A stretch of 63,557 nucleotides of DNA, filler included, from Chiloscyllium plagiosum (Eukaryota), in NCBI RefSeq assembly GCF_004010195.1. It is 3 parts of one record of this genome, joined end to end, with 100 filler letters (N's around TTAATTAATTAA, not from the genome) between each part and the next. Parts side by side here need not be neighbours in the genome. Positions count along the whole stretch, not along the records: positions 1 to 12,886 come from NC_057717.1; 2 more parts are not named here. One strand, given 5' to 3'. The notes below the pieces were generated by a model. It was not told the origin of the DNA. It saw nothing but the letters and a program-made list of their open reading frames with translations, and searched no databases. Numbering within the stretch: position 1 is the stretch's first letter; each line of letters opens with the position of its first letter. The translations under genes were made by a program, and so were the position numbers. This document shows positions 1 to 11,470 of this stretch, piece by piece.

Positions 1-1936
1 TCTGCCTCTGGAAATCTAGTCGACACATCCATTATTGTTAATCAATCCCACTTTTTGATTGAGGTAGGGGACCTACACAATCTATCAACACTCTTGGGAA
101 AGGTTCCTCAAATGCTGGAATCGGTATTTAAATTGGCGGTTTTATGACTGCCTGTGTGACATGTTTGAGACGTCTGGCAATATTCAACTACATCTTTGTG
201 TAGTCTAGGCCAGTGAAAATATCTTTGTATTTCAGCCTGTAATGTCCTCACCTCGAAATGATCTCCAAGTGGTAGCTCATGTGCCACTCGCAGCACCTCA
301 TTTCTATACACAACAGGCAAAACAATTTGATGAATTTCTGTCCACGACTGATCTGCTTCAGTGTGTGCTGATCTCCATAACCGCATTAAGATATCCGTAT
401 TTGTTAAGTAATAATACACAGGAATACATTCATTCGCTTTCTTGCTAAATATTTTTGATATAACTTTTGTAACTCCTCATTTTGCTGCTGTAATCAATCA
501 GCTTAGCAGAGCTAAAAATACGTTCATGTTTTCCAACTTGCTCCTTCTCTGTTCCACTTATCTGATCAAATAGAAACTTTTGGATAACTCTACGTCAGCT
601 TCCTTATCTGTGCTTTTCTCCTGCTTAAACCTGTGCATCAGTGATCTTCTGGTCATGCAATCAGGGGACATTCCTGGATAAACATTCTCCAGGTCTTCAG
701 TTGCCTGCATTTCCAGTGGCTTTTCAACTAGACGAGGCAACACGCCTACCAGTGAATCAGCTATATGATTTGCAAGGACATATTTTATTCCTGGAGCTGA
801 GAGTTAGGGGTCCAGTGCTCCTACCACACATTCTCCACTCTTTTCTGAACTCTCTAGCCTCACTTTACATAACTGAGCACTTTTTTCCTCAATATGAATT
901 CCTGTTACCAGCACATTTTCTGGCAATAGTCTCTCAAGAATGCATAAAGCCTCACCCCTCAGCATTACAGACTGAAAAGATCCTGCGTCAATTAATATTG
1001 GAACCTCCTTACCAATTACTCCTGGCCTATGTGAATATACGTTACCCTTTCATGCAAGTTTTTTATGCAGATTTGGCACGTCCACTTATCATCTTGTACA
1101 CTCTGAGGCAGTTGCCTACCTTCCCTTATGTTTTTTCTTACGAGTCTAACAAAACTTCCAGGCTTGTCTAGTTATCCTACATCTGGTTTTCTCCCAGCTC
1201 ACCAACACTGATTTTGTGTGGCCCAGTTTATTATAATTAAAATACCATAGTTATTAACTTCTTTGTTCCACCCTCCCCCCCACCCCCAACCAACGTTTTC
1301 TTTATTACTGTGGCAAATTATCCTTATAATCTACTCTGTGATCTACCTTTCCCTTTGCACGTGAGGATATCTCTTTGCTCCAATTTCTGTCCCTCAGAGA
1401 CCAGAACTGGTTCTGGAAGCCAAACCAAGTTTATGGACCAGTTCATAATCATCAGCCATTTCAGCAGCTAACCTTGCTGTTTACACTCTCTGCTCTTCCA
1501 CCTGAGTTTGCATTACTTCAGGTAGTCAATTTTTGAATTCCTTCAAGGAGTAAACTCTCTAAGGGCATGAGAGCTTTGCTTGAATTTTAAAGTTCTTATC
1601 CAACTATAGAAATTAGTCTGTTTAATCCTTACAAACACAGTGTAGGTTAGACCAGGATCCCTCATTAGATTCCTGAAAGGTTGCCTAAGCAGGTAACATG
1701 TTTTTTTAACCTCCTCATACTCCCCAGATACCTCCTCTGACAGGGATGTGAATACCTCACCAGTCCTACCAACAAGTTTCGTTTGGATCAACAAAGCCCA
1801 CATTGCCTCTGGCCACTGCATTTGTTTAGCCAACTTTTCAAATGAGATGAAAAGGGCATCACATTCTTCTCATCAAACTGAGGCAATGCTTGAATATACT
1901 CAAACAAATTCTCACTAGGCTCCTGACTACCAGGGC

Positions 1937-2083
1937 TGAAAATGTGTTGCCGGTAAAGCACAGCAGGTCAGTCAGCATCCATGACTCTCCTGTTCCTTGG
2001 ATGCTGACCGACCTGCTGTGCTTTACCAGCAACATACTTTCAGCTCTGATCTCCAGCATCTGCAGACCTCACTTTCTCCCCTT
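1937..2083. mobile_element. Short Penelope-like element terminal fragment with inverted 5' arm, inserted in gag
   Basis: Arms at about 1935-1981 and 1998-2045 are inverted repeats; flanked by 14-bp direct repeat ctgactaccagggc (1923-1936, 2084-2097); ends in the PLE tail ctccagcatctgcagacctcactttctcc. Confidence 0.8.
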
Positions 2084-2645
2084 CTGACTACCAGGGCCTT
2101 GCTCATCCTCACTCTCTTCCTTACTAAGCGCACCCTCAGTCGTTATCTGCAGCCTTTTACACTGCTTTTCCATTTTAAGTGTCAGTTTTTGCTATGCAAA
2201 AGCTCTCTCTTTCTCTCTCCCCTGTTGTTATTCTTTCTTTTTACTTTCTGTTCTCCTGCGCTCTCTCCCCCCCAAACATTTCTGCATTTTATCGAAAGTC
2301 AAATGTTTCATTTTGGCCGCCCATTCCTTACCTCGTGACGTTAACTCAAGATGTTTCTTTTGCAACTGAATTCTTGCCATCTCTGATTCTCATGGTTTCT
2401 CCAGCAAGTTTAATTGACGAGCTACTGCTGTAATTAACTCTCCTTTCCTTACAAATGCAGTCAGTTCCAATTCTAGCTTCTCCGTTAATTCTTGCAACTT
2501 GGTCTTATTCACTTTCCAAAGTCACTGCATTCGCACTCAGGAAACGTTTGGCGACTGAAATAGACATTACTATTCTAAGCTTTGTCAACCCAATCAAACT
2601 AATACCAGAAATAAAGACACTGGCATCTCCCACTCGCTGTTAAAA

Positions 2646-2664
2646 ATCCAGCAATGAGCCCCCA
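2646..2664 (-). promoter_or_regulatory. Primer binding site complementary to the tRNA-Pro 3' end
   Basis: Minus strand reads TGGGGGCTCATTGCTGGAT versus the canonical Pro PBS TGGGGGCTCGTCCGGGAT, just inside the LTR. Confidence 0.75.
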
Positions 2665-2667
2665 GTC

Positions 2668-3308
2668 TGTTACGGACAAGGCCAGACCACTCAAAACATT
2701 CTTAAGCAAGCAGCCCAGAGCATAACTTTGCAGTTTGTTTTGGTAATTATCCAATGAAAATTAACCGGAGTAATTTAGCTGGGTGACGACTAGATTTTAA
2801 ATCAGACAAAAACGTTATTCACAAAATTAAACAATGGTACAGAATAAAGAACCCGTACAGAATTCAACCTATCCAGCTAGACTTAAATATGTTATTCCAA
2901 ATACACACAATAGTCTCAATAATCAAACTTCCTTGAGAAAACTTTATAATGGAATGCATGTTTCCAGGTTGAAGCTGAAGGGCAGAAGAGAGAGAGCGTT
3001 TCCACACAGCTCCCAGTTGAACTTCCCAGTTCAAGACTCAACTGAAAACTGCTCAGCTCAGTTCAACTCGGCTAGGTCAGCTAAAAGAGCTGACAACTCC
3101 CCGTTCATTATACAGGTCACTTCTAAAGCATGACCACTTTGACCTGTAGTTTCATCTATTTACATATAAATAAAAGGCCTCTGAAAATCCCTTTCGTGTC
3201 TGATCGTAGCCTGGCCCCGTTTTATTGTACCTCTGAAAAACAACAAGGAAAGAGTCTACTTGAGCCAATGAACAGCTTTTAGCCAAAAAGAAGGATTGGT
3301 TTGTGACA
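2668..3308 (-). mobile_element. 5' LTR of the Gypsy element
   Basis: Segment of about 640 bp with TGT...ACA termini (tgttacgg at 2668, ttgtgaca ending at 3308), separated by 3 nt from a PBS on the minus strand. Confidence 0.8.
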
Positions 3309-3514
3309 GAGAAGACAGGCTAGTGTTCTGTGTGGAGGTGAGAAGCTGGTGGAAATGGCTAATACTATCAGAGTGTGGCTGATGACAGATTTCTGAAAAA
3401 CATGACGTTCAATGCAGGGTCACACACCAATTGTACATCCAGACGGTGAGAGTTCATTCCGAACCAGGAGGTCTCTCTCAACCAACATGGGGGCTCCATA
3501 GAGATCTGTAAACT

Positions 3515-3667
3515 ATCATAGAGTCATAGAATTCTATAGCACTGAGACAGGCCCATTAGCACAAACTGGTTCATGCTAATCAAAATATCCGTCCATGCTA
3601 ACCCTATTACCCTGCGCTTGGTCTATTTCCTTCTAAATCTTTCCTATCTATATATTTGTCCAAATGT
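3515..3667 (-). mobile_element. CR1 LINE 3' end fragment
   Basis: Reverse complement of the CR1 3' UTR ending in a (ctatgatt/ctatgact)n tail, as in other CR1 copies in the window; a similar fragment lies at 4025-4130. Confidence 0.7.
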
Positions 3668-4333
3668 GTAGACACATATCATGGAAAACATGTTATATCT
3701 AATGCTATCCGTGTTTTGTTTTGGAAATAATTAGTGTTTATTCATAACACTCCAGTGTTAATGCAATCACGTTTTATTCGTTTTGTGTGTTTACAGATTA
3801 AAAAATAATTTCCTTCACACTCTACTCATGATACCATCACCACAGGGATTAGTCTGGTGAAACTCCATTACACCGTCTCTCTGTACCAAGGAGATCGTTG
3901 ATTATAAATGAAAGGAAAAACTGTGTCAAGTACACTCCACAACTGCAGGACGGTGTCTTCACTCTTATCCTTCAATTATTTGTAATGAACGCTCCTATTC
4001 ATTTACTGGGCTGATTACTAGCTGAGTCATAGAGTCATAGAGATGCACAGCATGGAAACACATCCTTCAGTCCGACCCGTCCATGCCGACCAGATATCCC
4101 AACCCAATCTAGTCCCACCTGCTAGTGCCCGACTGTTCTGTATGAATTCTGTTAGTGCCTCATGATCAAGGACATTCATCTTCTTTTCACCAAGGGCACT
4201 TCCCATCATCTCGCCTTCTCATAAATACAAAATGAGAAGGATGGCATTCTTTGCCAATCATTTGTTTGGCTTATGAAGCAAACTGACACCAACAACAACA
4301 TCACTGTTGCCATTGCAGTTGACTGGAGATACT

Positions 4334-4805
4334 GAGGAGGCGATGATCTAGATGTATTATCTCCGAATATTAATCCAGGGAATCAGGTAATGACCAAGAC
4401 ACCGGATCCGAATCCCACAATGGCAAATGTGGGAAATTGAATTCATTAAAATATCAGGGATTAAGAATCAAATGAAACAATGAAACATTATTGATTGTCC
4501 TACCTGGCACCCTTATGCCCTTCAGGAAAGGAAATCTACCATCTTCAGCTGGTCAGGCTTACATGTAACTCCAGACCCACAACAATGTGGTTAACTCTCA
4601 GTTGCAGTTTGAAATAGCCAAGCCAGCCACTCAGTTATATCAGTCACTTCAAAGCCTCAAAGAAAAGAAACTGCATGGACCTCAGCACTGACTTCTTACA
4701 GCCCACAGACTGCAGTGGGTCAGGAAGGCAGCTCACCAAAACCTTCTCAAGGACAATGAGGAAAGGGAATTAAATACTGGCCCAGCATTCCATTGATGAA
4801 TAAAG
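4334..4805 (+). mobile_element. tRNA-derived SINE with L2-like 3' tail (degenerate)
   Basis: Decayed A-box-like head (gaggcgatgatctagatgtattatc) and B-box-like ggatccgaatccc; 3' tail taaatactggcccagcattcccattgatgaataaa. Confidence 0.6.
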
Positions 4806-6062
4806 GAAGATGATCCCACTCAGGGAAGAGAGAAAAACAGACAGAAATAACTTTAAACAGGGACTTTGACATATACCTTACATGGTGATGATTATCAGTA
4901 ATATGGGAACAGGAGAAACATAAGCAAGGTTTAATTACATTTTTTATTTCCATCCCAGCTGATCATCAACAATTCCTTTGTTTGCTTCTTTCTCTCTATC
5001 TCTCTCTTTCTCCATCTATTCAACTCAGTCCTTCTCCCCTTCATAACAGATGTCGGTGTCACCAACATCAATCACGCTATTTCCCAACTGTGTTCAGTTC
5101 TGATATAGGTAATTAGAATCGAATTGCCAATTCTATTTTTCTATCGACCCGAGGGGGATGCCAAATCTGCTCAGTTTGTCTGACACTTTCTCATTCGTTA
5201 TTGGTTCTGACCTGTTGCATCATTCTTTGCTTTATTTAACCTTTAATTTGGTTATTACTTGGAATGTCTGCATCGCTGACAGGGGCAGCATTTGTTGACC
5301 TCACCAAATGTCATTTACTGCGAGGTCATTCTTTCAGGCAGTACAGAACCAAGCACATTGCTGTGGGTCTCACATCAATCTTAAGCCAGACCAGATAATA
5401 ACCCGAGATCTATTTACCAAAGGAAATCAGTGAAATAGATAAACGTATGGACAAAATACTGGAGATGTTCTGGTTTTTATTAGTAAAACTTGCTTTTTTC
5501 CCAATTCCTGCCTTTACGTTCTCACATCGTCTGTGGTAGGATGTGGAACAGTGTCTTTGTATAATAACCTATGAATCTGAATTACATTTCTTCCGACATT
5601 ACTGCTCTGAGAGAGTGAACCTGTCATTAAGTTATTTTAGAGACAAGAACAAAGTTGTGATCGGAATATTTGCAACTGAAAGAGTGCTTAGAGGAGAGGT
5701 GGAACCATAACGTCCGAATTTTACCAAAGCATAGACAATGGTTTATTAAGCGTCAGCATTGAAACCAAGATGGTGACTGGGCATATAATTGAGCTGGTAG
5801 TGGATAGGTTTTGTGATGGACAGAATACTGAGACATAAATGAATTTTATTTATTTAAATTCGGTATTGTGAACAGTCTCGTTCTCAGATGTTTGTGAGGG
5901 CGGGGGTGTGGGCTGTTCTGAAATATGTGTGTAATCAATGGAATTTGCATTTGAAACTGAAGACAATAGTTTCCGTCTTTGTCAAATATAGATAACAGAA
6001 ACAGCAACGAAGTTCGCCATGGTTGAAGAGATTAATAAATGGATAGAGATGAAGAAACTTAC

Positions 6063-6237
6063 CAGGAACACCAACAGTAGCGAGGATAGGATAGTAACCC
6101 GCCTGGATAACCATCAGTGCACCAAGTATCCGATATTGTAATGTTGACCAAGACCAGGAAAAATAGAAAATACCCTCGGATAAACTCCTGTTCATTGTTG
6201 CAGCATTCCAGTCTAATGTTCTCAGATTCTGATCCAT
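6063..6237 (-). CDS. GPR139-like: First coding exon of a GPR139/GPR142-like class A GPCR (N-terminus and start of TM1)
   Basis: Open frame MDQNLRTLDWNAATMNRSLSEGIFYFSWSWSTLQYRILGALMVIQAGYYPILATVGVP+G ends at a phase-1 donor G|GTAAGT (6063|6062). The YYPxLAxVGVP motif matches TM1 of GPR139-like receptors (recalled, not searched). N-glycosylation sequon NRS present. A paralogous exon is at 51579-51633. The frame is open upstream to 6429, so the start codon is uncertain; exon 2 was not seen. Confidence 0.75.
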
Positions 6238-6699
6238 TAATGGATCATTCCAGACTATTCTCAGATGTTTAAACCTTCTTTTTCTGTCTCTGCAGCTGCT
6301 GATCCCTTTGAGCGCTGGAGTTGATGCATTTGCTGCTACAATGGCATAAACTATTGCAAGAGGCCCCTTACCAATAGGAGACGGAAAACATCCAGTGGCA
6401 TAACTAGGATCCATGGAGACTGGCATCAATCACAGTCACTGAACAGACACCTCCATTCAACCCCTTTCAGTATGGTTCCTTCAGTTCACAAAAATTACTG
6501 GACTGGATTGGATATTGCCACCGTTGGCTACTGATCACATCTCCCATCATCCATTGCTCTCATGAAGTTAGTAGTGAGAGAGAATGATGCATCGTTTCTT
6601 ATCGCAGGCTAGATGATCCTGTTGCGTTGTCCGTTTGTAATACTGTAATCGGCTGAACCTCCCATCACCACCCTCAAAAACCACAATCTACATGCTTTT

Positions 6700-8640
6700 C
6701 CGTGCAGTTGTCTCGTCGACTAGAAAAGGCATCAGCCAATACATTTACAGTGGACATATTTGCGCTTCAATACATAGGAAATGTGAATTTGCCTGGGTAT
6801 TCCTTTAATTTATCTAATAAGGCAATTTTGTATCTTCAACACTCAATGTGCTTCGGCACTTTTTCTTAAATATAAATTCACAAACACATTAACACACTTT
6901 ATTAAGCACACGTTTCTTCACTTTCTCCTCATGGTAACATCATGCCAGGTTTAGTCTAGTGAAACCGCTTTGGACTGAATCGCTGACAAGATCATTATTT
7001 ATAAAACTGATTCAACCTGTACACAATACACCAAACAGTCTCTCAACAAAACTCTATCATTGGGAAAGATACATTTACTCTGGTACTTTAGTCATTTTGC
7101 ATGATGAGCCACATATCATTTACTTCCTGCTACGTAAAAAATCAATTTGTGACTTATGACCAAACACATCCAGGTCTGTTTCAACAACAGCACTTCCCAA
7201 CCTTTCACTGTTTAATGAACATAAATGTGAATGATGATATTTGTTGTTCATATCTGAAACATTTTATATCTTGTGAAGAGCTATTGCGCAAACACTGATT
7301 CTTCTGATACCACAAAGTCTTCACTCCAGATAATTATGCTACTCTCTTCATTCTCTCGATTATCCAACTTTTAATACATTCGGTGTATTCCACCCCTACC
7401 TGCCCATGGACTCTAACATTCCCCACTCACCTGTATTCAACCATGTCAAACGTCTGCTGAAAATTCAAATACTTCATTCCCACTGGTTCTCAATTGTCGA
7501 TTTCACAAGGGCAAACTCCACAAAATCCAGCAGGTTTATCAAAGATCAAGATCATTTCCCCTTCTTGAATCTAGATTGACTCTACCGTATCATGAACTCG
7601 GATTTCACCAGTTTCCTCATTTCCCCTCCCCCACCTTGTCTCAGTCAAATCCATCGAATTCAGCACCGCCTTCCTAACCTGCAATCTTCTTCCTGACCTC
7701 TCCGCCCCCACCCCAGTCTGACCTATCACCCTCACCTTGACCTCTTTCCACCTATCACATTTCCGACGCCCCTCCCCAAGTCCCTCCTCCCTACCTTTTA
7801 TCGTAGCCTGCTGGACAAACTTTCCTCATTCCTGAAGTAGGGCTTATGCCCGAAACGTCGATTCTCCTGTTCCCTGAATGCTGCCGGTTCTGCTGCGCTT
7901 TTCCAGCAACACATTTTCAGCTCTGATCTCCAGCATCTGCAGACCTCACTTTCTCCTCTACCGTATCATGTCATTATTTTCCAAGGTTCTAGTTGTCACA
8001 TTCTTCACAAAAGGTTCCAATGTTTTTCTCACAGCTTACATCAAGCTAACCACTGTTTAGTTTGCTGTTTGCTTTCTCCGTTCTGTTTTAAATATTTAGG
8101 TTTACAGTCGCTGCTTTCCAGTCTGGAGGATCCTTTCCAGAATCTAATCAGCTTTGAGAATAATCAGTAATTCTTTCACTAGCTCTACTGCCACCTCCTC
8201 AATATTCTGGGATGTAGCTCATCAGATGCAGCAATATACCAACCATAAATTCAATGAGATTTTGTAGGACGTACCTTTTATTAATTTCCTGCTGTTGCCC
8301 ATTTTCACCAGTTACTCTGTTCCCTTGTATTTCTGGAAGTTATTTCCTGTACCTTCCTCAGTGAGATGGACACAATTTTTTGCTCTCAGTGGACAGATGG
8401 CTTTTGTCAGCCAGTGAATATATCGGAGGACTGCACTCCGTTGATGATGGATATGTTACTCACTCCTGCCTGGAAAGTTCCAGAATTAATCCAGTATAAT
8501 TCATAGTGAGCATCAGCACAGTCCTGTCACTGGTGTGAGGCTACACAGTACATTGAAGGAGGGGGCACAGCTCAGGAACAACCTCAATTTTGAAACAAAC
8601 TGGTTTCATACCTGACACCTGGTCCAGCTTAGACAAATGT
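6700..8640 (-). repeat. Paralogous copy of GPCR intron-1 block (includes an old, internally deleted CR1)
   Basis: 8380-8640 aligns by eye to the reverse complement of 52020-52265, 7960-8180 to 52640-52860, and 7140-7330 to 53100-53310. The same CR1 remnant is also at 3790-4280. Confidence 0.65.
7595..7955 (+). mobile_element. Penelope-like element 3' fragment with mutated hammerhead core
   Basis: C-rich PLE 3' UTR, then ctgaagtagggcttatgcccgaaacgtc and the conserved tail; flanked by 15-bp TSD ctctaccgtatcatg (7580-7594, 7956-7970). Confidence 0.85.
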
Positions 8641-9889
8641 CCCGGAAAATCCCAGGAAAGTTAATGCACTCTCCTGCACCTCCCTATTTTTCGAGCTTCC
8701 CTTCTGTAGAGCCTCATCTCCATTTGTTTACCATGGACCCAGATACTCTGAAAAGGCAATGTATAGAGTGGGGTCACCAGACCCAGCAGCTGACGATACA
8801 AACCCGAGATAATCATCCACGACAGGAACAAGTCAATTCCCAACACGGAACGTGAACGCGCTCAGTGTTGAAAACTATTTCCACTGCTGAGTTTCTCTTC
8901 CTGGTTGAGAAGGCCGTTGCATCTCTGCACACTCCCGCAGTAACTGTATCTCTCTCCAAAGAAGTAGTTGACAATGCAACATTACCTTTCTCTATATCTC
9001 AGCAACTATAAGGGCAGCACCAGCATTGCTAATGGATTTTATCATCACTCTCACAGAAGAGAGATACAGGGAACCTAACTCACTTTAATCAGGGACAAAT
9101 CTAAATGGACACGATATACAGGAATATGGGAAAACGGGGAAATGTGAGAATAACTTGCCATTTTGTTTTCCTATCAGTTCATCATCAGCAATTCCTTTGC
9201 TCACTTTTCATTTGTTTTCCTCTCTTTTTCGGCCATTTCTCTATCTATTCAATTTAAACCTGGCCCCCACCTCTCTCTCCACCCTAACCATCCATGATAC
9301 CAGGATAAATAATATTATTTCCCAGTTTGCTTTCAGTTATGAAGCAGGGTCACTGGACTCAAACCGTTATCTGCATTTCTCCTGACAGATGCTGCCATAC
9401 CTGCAAGATTCTCCAACACTTTCAGACGCTGGAGAATTTTATTTTCGATCTCTAGCACCCACGGTCCCTTGGCTTATTTCATCTTTACTGTTGTTGTTTC
9501 AGGGGATGCCAGCATCACGGGCAAGGGCAGCATTTGTTGTCCATCACTAATTGTCCTTGACAATGTGGCCATTTTTCAAGACAAAATGGAGCCAACAATT
9601 TTGTTGTTGGTCAGGAGTCACACTGAGCTCAGACTGGGCAATAATATTAAGTTTCTTTAGCAAAGACTATCAGTGAAATAATAAAAGTAAAACTTAACGG
9701 TTTCTGGTTTCCAAGAGTGAAATTAAGTTTCATTCCAATTTTTGTCATTCGAATTTAAGCTCTGTCATCGGCTGTGGTAGGATTTTAAACACTGCCTTGG
9801 AGTCACAGCCCTTTCCTCTGAATTCACCGTCTGGGTACATTATCACCCTGATACAGAGTCCTTGTTACCTATTCCGTAATCCCTAGTCC

Positions 9890-11290
9890 CTGTCAGAGAG
9901 AGATGGCGGGGAAATCAGTTTAGCAACCAACAATCAAAAGGATTTTGGGGAAAAAAAAGAAAGGGAGTTTGAGAGACAATTTCATGTAAGGTCATAGATT
10001 TCAGAATGCTGAAATGAAGACATTTCGACAGCATTCTGCAACATGAGCCAGTATTCCCAGGAATGATAGCTGAAGGGGATATTGGTGTCAGTAAAGATGA
10101 TGGAGAGTTTTGGATGAGCATTTGTTCTGCAACNNNNNNNNNNNNNNNNNNNNNNNNNNNNNNNNNNNNNNNNNNNNNNNNNNNNNNNNNNNNNNNNNNN
10201 NNNNNNNNNNNNNNNNNNNNNNNNNNNNNNNNNNNNNNNNNNNNNNNNNNNNNNNNNNNNNNNNNNNNGTTTTAGATGAACATTTATTCTGCAACTTTGT
10301 AACTGGGTGTGGGGTCAGCAGCGTCTTCTACTCATTGGGCTGAATCTAACAATAGTTTGTCTCAGTGACATTTTTATTGAGTGTGACTGAGGGAATGTCT
10401 GTACGAGACTGAACTAGTTTCATGGTGTTATCTTATCGAACTCACCACATTAACTACCCACTCAATCTCATTGTGTTCCTCGCATTCAAAGCCACCCCAA
10501 TTCTCCAACCCAATATGGCTGGAGGGACTCACCATCGCACTGATGCCCCTGGCTATTCTATGATCACTGACACTGGTGCCATCTTTCAAAGGCCAATGGG
10601 CACACTGTTGTATTTCCTCAGTTTAAGCCGCCCTGCACAGTTGACCCTGAACATGGCAGGTAAGGGGAACTAACACCACGGTTTTTCAACAGGGGCACAG
10701 AGGTCCTAGTAGATGGGCTAGTACAGAGGGGTCCATTCTGTTCCCAGAGGAGGCCTCACCACCAGCCTCACCGAGCATGGTCTGAGCTCACCACCCAGCT
10801 CAGTGCAGTATCTGCGTTCTCTCTCTCTCACACACACACACTTTGAATATGGAAAATTCCAGATAGTGTTCCAAAGAAATCCCATTTTCAGATACAGGAA
10901 CTTTCAGTCATTCAACCCCCAGGGTTCCTGCAAAAATATGCACTTATTTTATATCCAATCACAGTTAGTAATTCTGGCTATTTCACTTTGCCTACTTTAT
11001 TGTATTCAGCTAAACACTGCTTCTCAACACTTGTCACGTTATGAAATATAATTTTGAGCAGAGAATATTTTATCCTCAGCTGTTATCTTGACCGTTATCT
11101 GCATTGTTCCATTTTCCTTGTTATGAAAGTTTCTCTTGCCCTTTGCCTGTGCCTGGTTCTGTCTGTAACAGTTACACTGTCTTCCACTCAGTTGGCTGTA
11201 CGGCTGGTTTGTGATGCAGAGGGAAGCCAGCAGCGCAGGTTAAGTTCCCCCACACTGACAAGGGTTACCATGAAGGGGACGCTGTCTCAA
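9890..11290 (+). repeat. Duplicated non-coding block, copy 1 (paralog of 19670-20690), ending in a tRNA-derived SINE head
   Basis: Shared strings such as cagaatgctgaaatgaagacatttcgacag, tatcttatcgaactca and gttatcttgaccgttatctg, followed by the SINE head ctcagttggctgtacggctggtttgtgatgcaga. Confidence 0.8.
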
Positions 11291-11304
11291 CAATGGACAA
11301 TCGA

Positions 11305-11470
11305 GCATGGCAAATCCACTCTAAGCTGCACATCTTTGTACTCTGGGTGGAAACTGGAGCATTGGGAAGGAACTCACACAGATACGTGGGAAATGTTCAA
11401 ACTCACCTGAGGTTGGAATTGAACTCAGCTCCTTGGTGATGTGCGGCCGCAGTGCTAACCACATATTCAT
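11305..11470 (-). mobile_element. HE1-type V-SINE fragment
   Basis: Degenerate reverse-complement match to the 24999-25300 SINE (tRNA head and central V-domain). Confidence 0.6.

Larger units (their letters stand above)
1..2664 (-). mobile_element. Degenerate Gypsy (Gmr1-like) LTR retrotransposon internal region: SCAN-like gag, zinc knuckle, protease, then integrase
   Basis: Minus-strand fragments: gag WPEAMWALLIQTKLVGR...RQPFRNL (1543-1833); decayed knuckle near 1205-1250 (NKLGHTKSQC-like, frameshifted); protease-like ILIDAGSFQS near 965-1000; integrase HHCC finger AHELPLGDH...FHWPRLHKDVVEYCQTSQTC (108-419); integrase core EEPFPRVLIDCVGPLP...IMDVSTRFPEA (1-110). Many stops and frameshifts. 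Confidence 0.9.

Noticed and set aside
641..1171. 176-aa plus-strand ORF
   Set aside because: It is antisense to the Gypsy gag-protease region and has no independent motif.
10105..10295. Direct repeat flanking the N gap
   Set aside because: Single copy in the paralogous block near 19830; probably a short tandem repeat or assembly overlap, and cannot be resolved.
10678..10705. V(D)J recombination signal (ggtttttca...cacag)
   Set aside because: Spacer and heptamer do not fit 12/23 geometry, and no V, D or J segment is adjacent.
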